Origin: Porphyridium purpureum
Taxonomy: Eukaryota
Assembly: GCA_008690995.1 (NCBI GenBank)
Contig: VRMN01000008.1
Coordinates: 248,001 to 312,000 of the forward strand
Reading direction: 5' to 3'
Length of the DNA stretch: 64,000 nucleotides
Below the pieces are notes generated by a model. It did not search any database and had not been told where the DNA came from. It saw only the letters and a list, made by a program, of their open reading frames with translations. Below are positions 20,032-30,707 of the stretch, in pieces; the first letter of the stretch is position 1; each line of letters starts with the position of its first letter. The position numbers were made by a program, and so were the translations under genes.

Positions 20032-21699
20032 ATGGACACGTCGGCCATGGTCGCGACCGCGTCCGCCACAAACCCCGACGCGCGCGCGCGCAAGTCGGCG
20101 TTTGGCGCCGCGCAGGGCGGCTCGGCGCTTGCGGCGAATCTGGCGGCCGGCATGAAGCGAAACACCGCGAGTGTGTGCGGCGCGCTCAACTTGCTTCAGT
20201 TTGCGGCGGAAAACCAGCCCGCGGCACCGCTGTCGCCGCTGTCTCACCAGCAGCCGCCCGAGCTTCGATTTCGGCAACAAGGGCAGGAGCCGCGGCCTCT
20301 ACCGCATACGTTCAACGCGACGCAAGATTTGCGAGAGGTAAAGTCCTCAACAACGGAAACGTATGACGGGCCGGCGAAGCCTGTGGGTGGCTCAAATGCA
20401 GCCGCGGATGAGTGCCAAACGCAGGGTACTGGCGCGTATCTTCGCGCAGCGGTACACATTGAGGGAAGGAAGGAGGATGTTGCATCGTTGTCTTGGACAA
20501 CGGCACCAAATGCTTCGAGTGTATATACATCCGGCGGGATTTCAAAGCCGCCCGCGTCGCGAGCTGAAAGCCTAGGCACACAGGCCGCCCCAAAGTTTCC
20601 GCCCTCATGCGAGGCATCGAATGGTATTAGTATCGTGCCGGGTGACTCGCGAAAAGCAGAGCCTCCCGGTTTACTCGAGCTGCGCGAGGCGCAGCAGGGA
20701 TTTCAGCATGGAGTCGTACTTTCTGGCGTGAGCAGCCGCGCGCATGCTTCGAGCGCAGGAATGGGCGGATTTCCCATCCGGTTTCCCTCCGTTGTCAGTT
20801 CTATACAAGCCGGGCACTACGGCCCTTCGTCACGGATGAATGGCAATGTTATGTCCCAGGTGTACGCACCGTACCAAACTCAACAAGTGCGACAGGTGCA
20901 GCAGTACCACCAAAAACGGCTCGAAGCTCAGCAGCATCGCTTTGAGCCCGCAGCTTCGAACCTTGCAGGTGGTGGCGTGAATGCGAACTCTTTCTTGCAG
21001 ACCAGCTCGTCTGCTGTAGACGCATACCGGCCCATCTCACAGGCGGCTACTTTCAGGGTCGAGCCGCCTTTGAGACAATCAGAGACAGCCGCATATGGCT
21101 ACTTGGCTTCGAACATGCATCGTCCTGATGTCGTTTCGTCTTTGGTGCCCGGCCAGCTGGGGTCGATTCCCATTGTTTATGGCGGCGACCGCCTGGAAGA
21201 CAGTGCCATCAGGACAATGGGTACGTATCCAGGCTGTAGTCCCCTCGCTGGATCTGGCCTGGCACAGACTCCGCTGTTCGGTGCGGCGGAATCCGAATCA
21301 GCGCGCGAAAGCATCCCGAAAGTCAAAGGGCCATGGAAAGCAGAGGAAGACAGGCTTCTCATGGATCTTGTGCGCAAGCATGGCCCGAAAAACTGGCCCA
21401 CGATAGCGGCCCAGATCCCTGGAAGAACAGGCAAGCAGGCCCGAGAGCGCTGGCTAAATCATTTGAATCCAGATCTCACGCGACGGCCATGGACCGCTGA
21501 GGAGGACCTGGCAATCATGGAGGCCCATGCGAAGCTGGGAAACCGATGGAGTGAGATCGCCAAGATCCTGGACGGGCGGACGGACAACGCCGTCAAGAAT
21601 CGCTTCAACACCACCATACGCCGACAAATGAGCGAGCGCTGGGGTTCGTCTGGTGAGATGGACCTTCATGTCACCGCCGACGGGCAAGGACTTGCATAG
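20032..21699 (+). CDS. R2R3-type MYB transcription factor with C-terminal repeats
   Basis: KGPWKAEEDRLL...GPKNW..IA..IPGRTGKQARERWLNHLNP; RRPWTAEED..I..AH.KLGNRWSEIAKILDGRTDNAVKNRFN. Confidence 0.94.
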   Translation: MDTSAMVATASATNPDARARKSAFGAAQGGSALAANLAAGMKRNTASVCGALNLLQFAAENQPAAPLSPLSHQQPPELRFRQQGQEPRPLPHTFNATQDLREVKSSTTETYDGPAKPVGGSNAAADECQTQGTGAYLRAAVHIEGRKEDVASLSWTTAPNASSVYTSGGISKPPASRAESLGTQAAPKFPPSCEASNGISIVPGDSRKAEPPGLLELREAQQGFQHGVVLSGVSSRAHASSAGMGGFPIRFPSVVSSIQAGHYGPSSRMNGNVMSQVYAPYQTQQVRQVQQYHQKRLEAQQHRFEPAASNLAGGGVNANSFLQTSSSAVDAYRPISQAATFRVEPPLRQSETAAYGYLASNMHRPDVVSSLVPGQLGSIPIVYGGDRLEDSAIRTMGTYPGCSPLAGSGLAQTPLFGAAESESARESIPKVKGPWKAEEDRLLMDLVRKHGPKNWPTIAAQIPGRTGKQARERWLNHLNPDLTRRPWTAEEDLAIMEAHAKLGNRWSEIAKILDGRTDNAVKNRFNTTIRRQMSERWGSSGEMDLHVTADGQGLA

Positions 21700-21954
21700 G
21701 ATAGGGGCAGTATCGATCTGTGTGGAAGCAGCAATAGATGGACTAAACAGATCTTAACATCGAATCTTCCAAGAGACGGCGGTGTGTCTCAGCGCTCGCA
21801 GGCAGTGACCACAAGACCCCGCGCACTTTACGTGAACTCGCGCGCTCGTCACACACGGTACAGTTGCGTACAGCTATGACCGCGATTGTCCACCGCAGCT
21901 GTGTGCGCCTCACTCGCGCACACAATTTGTCTGTGTGGAGCGAGGGACTTGACG

Positions 21955-22260
21955 ATGGATGAGGCCGACCCCAGTGCCACTCCCCCGGTATCAGCGCAGC
22001 AAACCCTCCAGCCTCTTGCTCTTGACGTGTCGCCGAGCGCAACGCCCTCCTCCCCTCAAGCGCAGACAGGCGGGGCGCGAGTCATTCTGCTAATCGTCCT
22101 CGTTGCCGTCGGCATGGTGTTTGTGTTCGGTCTTCTGCAGTACCAGATGAACCGGCGGTCGAGCACCGCAGGCGAATGTTCGTACGCAGCAATGCCCGAT
22201 CATCCTGTGCCGGCAATGAAACTGAGAGCCGAAAAGCTTCGTGGTGTGTTGGGATTCTAG
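21955..22260 (+). CDS. Small single-pass membrane protein (hypothetical, 101 aa)
   Basis: ATG 21955. Pro/Ser-rich N-terminus, TM segment VILLIVLVAVGMVFVFGLL, then basic residues. Confidence 0.5.
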   Translation: MDEADPSATPPVSAQQTLQPLALDVSPSATPSSPQAQTGGARVILLIVLVAVGMVFVFGLLQYQMNRRSSTAGECSYAAMPDHPVPAMKLRAEKLRGVLGF

Positions 22261-22363
22261 AAATTGATCCAGTTTGTACAGTGAAAAAAGCGCCGCCATT
22301 GCCATTCAAACGCACCAAAAAGGAGGCGAACAGAGTACACGATATGGTTCTTGGGGTGCCTAA

Positions 22364-23581
22364 TTACATGAGCATGCACGTAGCTTCTTCCTCTGTCTTT
22401 GCTGCGCTCGAAGTCGCAACTTTTGCTTTCGGCTTGGATGACGACCGTGAGCTTCCAGCTGGTGCACTTGGAGTCGACGCAGGTCGGCCCTGACCTGTCG
22501 AGGCATTAGCGCCTGCAGTTGATGCTGGTGCGGAGCCAGTAGGACGCGCTGCATGTTGCCCTGGGTGTCCCTGCTGTCGAGCTCGCCGAGCTTTATTCAG
22601 CGCAGCCGCTGCGCGGTCATCTTCTTCCTGCAAAGCTCGGGCAAGAGCTTCATCTTCCATCAGCTGGGGGTCACCGCTTCCTATTTGCTGATTCGCGTCC
22701 GCCGCAATGGGCCGGAAATGTGAATCGACGAAGTACGTATTTCCATGTATGTTGTCCAAACATTCCCAGACAACACCGAGTTCGTCTTTGTATCCAAAGT
22801 CAGAAACCAACAAATACACCATATTTTGATTCTTGATCGCCGTCATAAAGTGGTTGTTCCGGAAAAAGACAGCCAGCTCACCATCGCCCATTCGTTCGCG
22901 GAGCATGTTGAGGCCATAGTCCGTCAATTGCGAGCATGTCAAGTCCAGGAAGGTTCGGGCGATTTCTGCATCTGTATCAAACGGTGTCTCGCTCGGCGCA
23001 GCGCTGCCCGCGTTCATGGCTTGCTCTTCGGAGCGCACAAGCAGGTCCATCAATCCATTGAAGCTGCTTGAGCCGACCACTCGATGTATCTCTACCAAGT
23101 CCGGGTCAGAAACCCATCCATGCAGCAGGCGTAATTGGAAAAGATCAAAACACACCAGCTCGCGCGTCGGCTCTACCGAGTCCACGGCGTCGAATCGAAC
23201 ATTCACGTCAGCGCCATGCCGCATGTTCGGCAGCATCGCGACCACCTCCGAAAGCGCATGCTGGAAGTTCAGCTTTGTTTCTTCCTCTTGAGATGTGTTA
23301 AGCTGCTGATTTGAAGACCACAGGTACTCTATCATCTGGTCAACAAGCGTGCCGTACGCCACGACAGCGGTACCTGGCACGATATGGATGTTACCGCGCA
23401 GCAAAAGTGCGTTTGCAATTGCCAGCAGCGGGCATGGACCGTTCCGATTTTGCAGGCATATCGGCGTTGGCTGGGCTTCAGCTCCCGCAATTGGTAGCCA
23501 CTTCACCTCGAACACATCATCATGATCGTCTTCAACGGTCGGGTTCTTGTCAGGCAAACCTGCGCTCGGCGCGGTGTCCAT
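22364..23581 (-). CDS. MINDY1: MINDY-1/2 (FAM63) K48 deubiquitinase
   Basis: QNRNGPCPLLAIAN (catalytic Cys), LLHGW..DP, FFRNNHF (catalytic His), LVSDFGY, MIU-like EDEALARALQEED, C-terminal CaaX CMLM. Confidence 0.93.
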   Translation of the reverse strand: MDTAPSAGLPDKNPTVEDDHDDVFEVKWLPIAGAEAQPTPICLQNRNGPCPLLAIANALLLRGNIHIVPGTAVVAYGTLVDQMIEYLWSSNQQLNTSQEEETKLNFQHALSEVVAMLPNMRHGADVNVRFDAVDSVEPTRELVCFDLFQLRLLHGWVSDPDLVEIHRVVGSSSFNGLMDLLVRSEEQAMNAGSAAPSETPFDTDAEIARTFLDLTCSQLTDYGLNMLRERMGDGELAVFFRNNHFMTAIKNQNMVYLLVSDFGYKDELGVVWECLDNIHGNTYFVDSHFRPIAADANQQIGSGDPQLMEDEALARALQEEDDRAAAALNKARRARQQGHPGQHAARPTGSAPASTAGANASTGQGRPASTPSAPAGSSRSSSKPKAKVATSSAAKTEEEATCMLM

Positions 23582-24426
23582 TACCTTCCACTTGCGCGTC
23601 CAGCGCGTCGAGCCAACCTCAGAGCTCTACGACCGGGCCGGTACGCAAGCTTCGTGGCCAAACGTCGATGCCACCAGCGCGTCGCAAAATCGTTTGGGCT
23701 TTGCCTTGCGCTCCTCCTTGTCTGCGCTTTCCTGACCCACAACTTCTGTGCGAGGGGTGTGTTCAGTTACCGGGCGAAAGTATAGTGAGACCCACAAACC
23801 ATCCAGAGTTTGAACCCGTTACGGTTTAACGGCGCAAAAGTGTTGGTGAACTGTTAAACCGGATAACAACCGATTGGGTGACAAGCTGACGACTCTGCGG
23901 ATGCTGCGTGCAGTTCATGGTTGCTTGCCGCTGCTTTTGAAAAAGGGAGCACACGATACATGGCACGTCTCTTCATCGAGCGGATGAAAAGCAGAAGATC
24001 ATGGACCTACTCTTGTCGTTCCGAGTCCGAAAGTAGAGGATATCGGACACAGACGACGCTGGATACGTTTGCATCGGTCAAAAATGAAGGGTCAGTTGCA
24101 AACGAATGGTTCTTTCGTTCTCGAGAAAGAGGCCCTCTCGATGCCTATCAAGCTATAAGAGTTTGTTTCGACTCGCGTGACTCAGAAACAAGCCAAGCTG
24201 CACAATCCTTAGTGTAGAGCAAGATTGGAGATAAAACCTCTACGTTGTGGTCGCGGCGTTTGGTTCAAGACCTTGGAAAGCGGGCTCATGTACAAGGAAG
24301 GCAATGTCTTTTCCACCGTAGGGTCGAGAAGTTCTGCAAGTTTGAAAGGTTCGTCTGATGTGGCTCTTGCACTTATCTTCTGAAAAATTAATGAGTCCGC
24401 GTTTATCACTCTTGAAGGGCCCGCAT

Positions 24427-26970
24427 TCAAACGCCACGCCTCGTAAGCAGAACGTCGACGTACGCGACCAGGAATGCCGCGACATGCGAGCATTTATTAT
24501 ACGCGTTGAACGACAGCTTGTTGTTCCTGGCGGCGAGTATCTCGGGAGTGACTGACGCCCAGTGGTCACCGATGATGACTCTGGCCAGATCCAAGCATCC
24601 AGCCTCGAACTGCGCCTGGAATACGTTCTTCGGTAAAAGGCGCTCCGCGGCAGTCTCATTCGCAGCGATGCCGTAATCTTGAAAAGCCTGCAGAAGTGTG
24701 GCGTGGTAGTAGTTCACATACGGAGTCACGCATGATTCAGGATCCGAGACGTTGTTCATGACCGTCTTGTGTGCCCCGGCGAAGATGCAATAAGCGACAT
24801 CCACCGCACCCAGCCCTACGCCCGTCCACTGGAAGTCGATCACACCGAGTTGATCCGTATCGGCTTTGAAGAAAAAGTTCGGCGGCTTTGCGTCGCCGTG
24901 CGTCAGCGTTTCAAAGCGTGCGTTGGGCCATCCCGAATTCACTCTCGAACCATCTCGTAGAATCGCGTGGCTTTCGTAGGACACATCATATGCTACCTGG
25001 GCCAGCCGTGCGCCGAGATTGAGGTCGACTCCGTTCGTGCCAAATTGAAAGCGGCTCTGGATTTTCTTCCAGTTTGAATCCAGCGCTTCGACTTGACCTC
25101 TTGGCTGCTGTCCGAGATGCACATAACCCCCCGTGGGCCAAAGCTTCTCCGCAAGATGTTTACGTTTCTCGTCGCCTTGCTCCTGCCAGAAAAAGGCGTG
25201 GAACGTGGCAAGGAAGCGTAAAGCGGCCAGCAGCTCGCGCTCTCCAAAGAAGGGCTTCTGGTGCCAGCCTTGCACGGGCGAGAAGTCCTTCAGAATCATA
25301 CAAAAGCGTGAGTCGATCGGATTCGAATCTGCATAGACTGCTCGCGCCATGGTATAGGGCTCCACAATGCTCACACCAGGCGTGGCTTTGCTGTACTCTT
25401 GTAGTTGACCATCTCCCAGTATAATATGCTCGATCGCTAACGACCGCGCGTCGCGCGCAACCTTGTAACGCAGCTTTGGATTCGCGTTCTTCTCCAGGGC
25501 CGGCCCGAGCTCAGCGAAAACCGCACGTTTTAAAAACACCGAGTCTGGGCCGAAGCCAGTCGTATCCAGTTTCTTTAGGTGGACGCGGCATGCCACGCAT
25601 TGCTTATACCTGCTCGCCTCGCGCTCCGGGCAGCTGTATCCCGCCAGCTCGACACCCACCATCTGGCCGAGCTTTTCCTTGCTGAGCGGAAGCCCGTCCA
25701 AAAACCGAACATTATCGGTGGCCTGTGACTCGCCTGGAGGGTGCATCAGCAGACCAAAGCGCCCAAATAATGCTTCAGTGACCTCCAGGTTGCGATGAAA
25801 CTCTTGCGTCAGCTTTTCGTGAGATATGTGCGCACGCCGCTCAAAGTGTTTGCCTGTGGCGAGAACACCTAGGCGGTTGCGCGTGGGCATGTTCTTCTCA
25901 TGAAGCAACGGAAAGCCCGTGATGGTGGTCATCTTTCCCCCCGCGACTTGTAGAAGCGCCGCCAAAGCGCACGAATCCCAAAGTGAGGTGCCCAGGTTAA
26001 AGATCGTCACGTCAGCCTGTCCTGTGAGCAGTCGCACAATCTTGTTTGCACAACCCCCCGCAAGAACATTTTCGCCGCCAACGCGATCATGCACAAGCTT
26101 CATCACGCCTTTTTTCACATAGTCAGACGTCGCTGTAACCAGCACGTCATCGGCGTGATGACGGTAGAAGGACGCGAACGATGTTTTCCACTGACCGCTC
26201 GATGCTGGAGATTTCGCTGCTTCTGTATCGCTATGTGATGCCTCTCGCAAGGATGCTTCGTCAGTCGAGGGCAGAATCTGCGGAACCCCTACAATGCCGC
26301 GAAGCACGATGCCGCGCGCACTGGCCGGCTTGGACGCATGCACGCATCCAATGGAAGTGTCATGAAACGGCAATCCCACCACGCCCGCAATCGCGCGGCC
26401 ACGCCAGGAAATACCAATGAGCGTCATGCACGCTTCCAGACGCGACTCAAAGAACTCGCGCGTGCCATCGACCGGATCGATAAAGACGGCCAGCTCGTGC
26501 TGCTTGATGTGCATGTACTCCTCCGGCAGCGCGTCTGGGCTTCTCAACGCCGCTTCAAAGTCGCGCTCGTACATTTGCTGTGCCTTACTTTGGTCCCAAA
26601 ATTCCTTTCCGAGATCAGTGAACTTCCAGTCGCCGACCACCTGATCGACTTCCGCGTCGTCCTCCTCTGCCACAATCTGATGCTGCATCCACGGAAACCG
26701 TTCGCGCAGGCCCTGCACAATCACGCGCTGCGCGCGCAGATCAGCCACGGTCAGGTAGCTCCTCGTGTCATTCGCATCCTTCAGCGTCGCGCCGAGCGCG
26801 AGCGCGTCGCCGGCGTCGCGGCGGCGCTGCACGTCGCGAATCACCGCGCCGGCCGACGCCGCAAGGTACGCGCACGTCCGCACCACATCCACCAACAACA
26901 ACGCACCGCCTTGCGCTCCACTTGGCACATACGCTACCCCACATGACGACTTGCAACTCGATCCTCCCAT
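24427..26970 (-). CDS. Fusion protein: N-terminal IMPase/3'(2'),5'-bisphosphate nucleotidase domain plus C-terminal EcKinase/APH/choline-kinase-like domain
   Basis: Phosphatase motifs TVAD..AQ, AEED, FIDPVDGTREF, WDSCA..ALL..AGG. Kinase motifs LATFHAFFW, LTHGDAKPPNFFF, IDFQWTGVG...DVAY. Single uninterrupted ORF. Confidence 0.88.
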   Translation of the reverse strand: MGGSSCKSSCGVAYVPSGAQGGALLLVDVVRTCAYLAASAGAVIRDVQRRRDAGDALALGATLKDANDTRSYLTVADLRAQRVIVQGLRERFPWMQHQIVAEEDDAEVDQVVGDWKFTDLGKEFWDQSKAQQMYERDFEAALRSPDALPEEYMHIKQHELAVFIDPVDGTREFFESRLEACMTLIGISWRGRAIAGVVGLPFHDTSIGCVHASKPASARGIVLRGIVGVPQILPSTDEASLREASHSDTEAAKSPASSGQWKTSFASFYRHHADDVLVTATSDYVKKGVMKLVHDRVGGENVLAGGCANKIVRLLTGQADVTIFNLGTSLWDSCALAALLQVAGGKMTTITGFPLLHEKNMPTRNRLGVLATGKHFERRAHISHEKLTQEFHRNLEVTEALFGRFGLLMHPPGESQATDNVRFLDGLPLSKEKLGQMVGVELAGYSCPEREASRYKQCVACRVHLKKLDTTGFGPDSVFLKRAVFAELGPALEKNANPKLRYKVARDARSLAIEHIILGDGQLQEYSKATPGVSIVEPYTMARAVYADSNPIDSRFCMILKDFSPVQGWHQKPFFGERELLAALRFLATFHAFFWQEQGDEKRKHLAEKLWPTGGYVHLGQQPRGQVEALDSNWKKIQSRFQFGTNGVDLNLGARLAQVAYDVSYESHAILRDGSRVNSGWPNARFETLTHGDAKPPNFFFKADTDQLGVIDFQWTGVGLGAVDVAYCIFAGAHKTVMNNVSDPESCVTPYVNYYHATLLQAFQDYGIAANETAAERLLPKNVFQAQFEAGCLDLARVIIGDHWASVTPEILAARNNKLSFNAYNKCSHVAAFLVAYVDVLLTRRGV

Positions 26971-27624
26971 CCTTCTTCCATGCTCTCTCTTTCTCTCTCT
27001 CTCTGTGTCTCCCGCGCTCTCTTTCTTCCTTCTCTCCCGCCACCAAAAGCAACTCGCGTACGGACATGGCTGTACCTATCACTGTACTCATTCTATTTCC
27101 ACTTGGGTGTACAGCGACTGAACCCCCTTTTGCGCCATCCGCCAAGTTGGCATGAACCGCCACCACGCTCGCCCCCGCCGCAAGCATAAACAGCCCGCGT
27201 GCCACTCGGTCTGTCACACACGCGCACGAATGGAAGACGTGTCAATGTTGCCAAATGGCTCTCAGTCTGTTCTGAAGGCGGCAGCTATCGCGCTCACGCT
27301 CTGCGCCGAGCTTCATGCGCAGATCGCGTGTCGACGAACGCGGTTGTCATCGGTGCTCGAAACCATCGCCGCCAGAGACAAGTTCCTGGCTAACGGCGAC
27401 TGAGAGTGCTATTAACCGTTAGCCGATTCCATACTGTGCATGCATTTTACTAGAAGAATTAAGTACAGTGGAACAGAGGAAAGGCACTGTACCTCTAACT
27501 GGTTCGAAAGGTAAGAGAAACCGATTAGTCGAAAAAGAGAGAGAGAGAGAGAGCGAGAGAGGGGAAAGGAGGGAAGGAGAGGGTGAAGCTTGAGAAGATG
27601 GAGGGAGGAAAAGAAGGGGGCAGG

Positions 27625-28674
27625 ATGTCGTTGATGCAGATTGCGAACTCGCTGTTGGAGAAGAATGTGGTGCCGGATGTGCTGGTGCGTGCGGGTATTC
27701 GGCGGCTGCTACAGCAGCGGTTAGACGAGGAGAGCTCGCCGAGCGCCGAGGCTGCGATCGAAAAGAAGATGGCGTTTGTGGAGTCCCTGAGGAAGGAGCA
27801 GATCGCGATCCTCACAGAAAAGGCAAACGAGCAGCATTATGAAATCCCCACCGCATTTTTCGCGACGCATCTGGGCCAGCGCATGAAGTACTCGTCGTGT
27901 TACTTTGAGACGCCCACCAGCTCGCTGGATCAGGCCGCGGATGCCATGCTCAGGATGTACTGTCAGCGTGCAGCACTCAAGGACGGCATGGAGGTGCTCG
28001 ATCTCGGCTGCGGATGGGGCTCCCTCACGCTGTATCTCGCCGAGTTTTACCCAAAGTGCAAAATCACGTCCCTCTCCAACTCGTGGTCGCAGCGCGAATA
28101 TATTGAGGCCAAGTGTCGCGAAAAGGGATTCAAAAACGTCAAGGTCGAGACGGGCGATGTCAAGGAGTTTCAGTTTGCGCGTAAGGGCACGCAGTTTGAC
28201 CGCATTTTCTCGATCGAGATGTTTGAGCACATGAAGAACTACCAGATGCTCTTGAGCAAGGTGGCCAGCTGGCTGAAATCCGATGGCAGGCTGTTCATTC
28301 ATATTTTCACGCACAAAGCATTTGCGTACAGCTTTGAGTCCGAAGGGGAGTCGAACTGGATGGGTCGCTACTTTTTTTCGGGTGGAACCATGCCTAGCGA
28401 CGACCTGCTGCTCTACTTTCAGGACGATATTGTGCTGGATAAACATTGGGTCGTGAATGGTAAGCACTACGCTCAGACCAGTGAATTATGGCTCGAAAAC
28501 TTTGACAGAAACATTGACAAGAATCGCGTCATCCTGGAAAACGTGTACGGAAAGGACCAAGCGGTCAAGTGGGAAGCGTACTGGCGTACCTTTTATATGA
28601 GCTGTGCCGAACTGTGGGGATATAACGACGGAAATGAGTGGTTTGTGTCACACTATCTTTTCAAAAAGCGGTGA
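27625..28674 (+). CDS. SAM-dependent methyltransferase, coclaurine N-methyltransferase-like / cyclopropane synthase (CMAS) family
   Basis: [79 protein letters not shown]. Confidence 0.92.
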   Translation: MSLMQIANSLLEKNVVPDVLVRAGIRRLLQQRLDEESSPSAEAAIEKKMAFVESLRKEQIAILTEKANEQHYEIPTAFFATHLGQRMKYSSCYFETPTSSLDQAADAMLRMYCQRAALKDGMEVLDLGCGWGSLTLYLAEFYPKCKITSLSNSWSQREYIEAKCREKGFKNVKVETGDVKEFQFARKGTQFDRIFSIEMFEHMKNYQMLLSKVASWLKSDGRLFIHIFTHKAFAYSFESEGESNWMGRYFFSGGTMPSDDLLLYFQDDIVLDKHWVVNGKHYAQTSELWLENFDRNIDKNRVILENVYGKDQAVKWEAYWRTFYMSCAELWGYNDGNEWFVSHYLFKKR

Positions 28675-29007
28675 ACGCCAAAATCTGCGTGGACATTCTT
28701 GAGAGGTGGGCTGGAGGTGTCAAGCGAAATCTCGTTCGAAGGAAGAGGACTTTTTTGCATGCGCGTCTGCAGTTGCGCACAACCCGACCATGAAAGATCA
28801 CTTCAATGACACCGAGTTCTGGCCGTGCTACTTTCAAGACCTTCCATGCTTCTTTCTCTGTATTAAACGCTGTGCATCAGTAAAGAACGCTTCCGGCCTC
28901 CTTGTCCCTGCGATCCCGCTCACGCTGGAACGGGCGCAGCTAACTTTTGTACATGTCCAACCTTGCAGCTGCGAGCTCATCTCTCTGGGAGAGGCACGGA
29001 GGAAGAC

Positions 29008-30000
29008 ATGGCGCGGAACCGTGCCGGTGCTGGGCTGGGATTTGTGGGCGGATGGTCGCGGCACGTATCGCACGGTGAACGGATGCCGCGGATGCCGCGG
29101 ATGCAGCCGCTCGCGCGCACTCGGCGGGTCTTGTGGGCGCGCAATGGACATGCGTGCAGGATGATTGTATCTTTGGCGTCTGGAGAGGAGGCGCGCCAGG
29201 CGGCGGCAGAGCGCGCGGCGATTCGAAATGGAGACTCGGATTCGGTGGTGGTGGTGACAGGTGCGAGTAGGGGGCTCGGGCTTGCGTTTGTGCAGCAGCT
29301 GGCCTCGCGATTTAAGGGCAAGATCGTGGCCGGATGCCGCTCACCAGTAGACGCGCCGGCGCTGAACGCACTGTGGCAGTTCAACCCGCTTCGACTGACC
29401 ATTGAAGCACTGGACGTGACTGAAGAAGCGTCCGTGCAGCGTTTTGCTGAGCGCGTGCGAGAGTTTGGCAATGGGCGCGTGGACGTCCTTATCAATTGCG
29501 CCGGATTGCTGCACGATCAGCAAAATGGTGTGATGCCAGAGCGCTCGCTGAGCGCTTTGGATCCGCAAATTATGGAGCTCAACTTTCGCGTCAACGCTGT
29601 GGGCCCGGCGCTGATGAGCAAGCACATCTCGCCGATGATGGTGACGACGCGCAAACAAGGCCGCGTGTTCTCGGTGATCGCCAACCTTAGTGCACGCGTA
29701 GGAAGCATCGGTGACAATGGCTTGGGCGGGTGGCATTCGTATCGCATGAGCAAGGCCGCGCAGAATCAACTCACCCGAACGGCGAGCCACGAGCTAGGCA
29801 AGCGCGGCATTGTTGTGATTGCGATGCACCCAGGCACGTGCGACACCGACCTATCGATGCCGTTTCAGCGGAACGTCAAACCAGAAAAGCTGTTCGCACC
29901 CGATTTCGCGGTGACGCAGCTGTTGGACCTGATTGACGCGCTAGAGGCGAGCGACAATGGCCATTTCTTCGCATACGACAGAACACCCATCGTGTGGTGA
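29008..30000 (+). CDS. Short-chain dehydrogenase, C-factor/CsgA-like, with transit-peptide-like N-terminus
   Basis: TGASRGLG, LINCAGLLH, PERSL, NLSARVGSIGDN.LGGWHSYRMSKAA (YxxxK), HPGTCDTDLS.PF. Confidence 0.92.
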   Translation: MARNRAGAGLGFVGGWSRHVSHGERMPRMPRMQPLARTRRVLWARNGHACRMIVSLASGEEARQAAAERAAIRNGDSDSVVVVTGASRGLGLAFVQQLASRFKGKIVAGCRSPVDAPALNALWQFNPLRLTIEALDVTEEASVQRFAERVREFGNGRVDVLINCAGLLHDQQNGVMPERSLSALDPQIMELNFRVNAVGPALMSKHISPMMVTTRKQGRVFSVIANLSARVGSIGDNGLGGWHSYRMSKAAQNQLTRTASHELGKRGIVVIAMHPGTCDTDLSMPFQRNVKPEKLFAPDFAVTQLLDLIDALEASDNGHFFAYDRTPIVW

Positions 30001-30707
30001 CACCCTAGATACATAGCGTACATACAAGCGAAGCAGCGCTGCAGCACGTCCCGCCACACGACGAACATCTCAGCAACCACGACTCCTTCCAACCAGACAA
30101 GTGACGACCACGATGCCCCTCGTCTAACCGTGGACATGACATACTACGCAAGAACCTGTGACGTTGAACACAGCACTGGAGGAATTATCCACATACAGCC
30201 GTCCTTATCGTCCTCCACCTCCATTTGAGTGCTCCACATCGTCGCGACTTGCACGTGGCGAGAACCACACACACTGCCCAGAGTTTCTCCAAGGCGAGGA
30301 TGCGAAGACGCGAGCGGAGGCGGTTCAGAAGCCATGCGCGGGTGACTTCGGCTCACGCTGCTCCTGATCAGCACAGACGCACGTGCGACATTGCGCGCAC
30401 ACCCGCATGCGCGCGGGCTCTGTGCGTGCACCGAAACCGCACCGTCCGCGTCACGCCCGAACGGAATTTCCACTCACCGCGAAAACCCAAGCAGCGTCTC
30501 CTGCTCTCCATCAGGTCTGAAATATACATAGAGAACTAGAGATCTTACTGATACGAAGAAATAGAAGGGGGTTGAAAGGAGGGAAGTCGGTAATGAGAGC
30601 TTCATGTGCGGGATGTGTGGAGGTGGCGACGTGAGTGGGAGAAGAGAGAAGTAGGACATAGAGTGGTGGAGCGAGAGAAAGAGATACGTTGTGTGCGTGG
30701 TGTTTCG

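Noticed and set aside
24255..24280. GGTTCAAGACC, resembling a tRNA T-loop
   Set aside because: No 5-bp T-stem, acceptor stem or cloverleaf.
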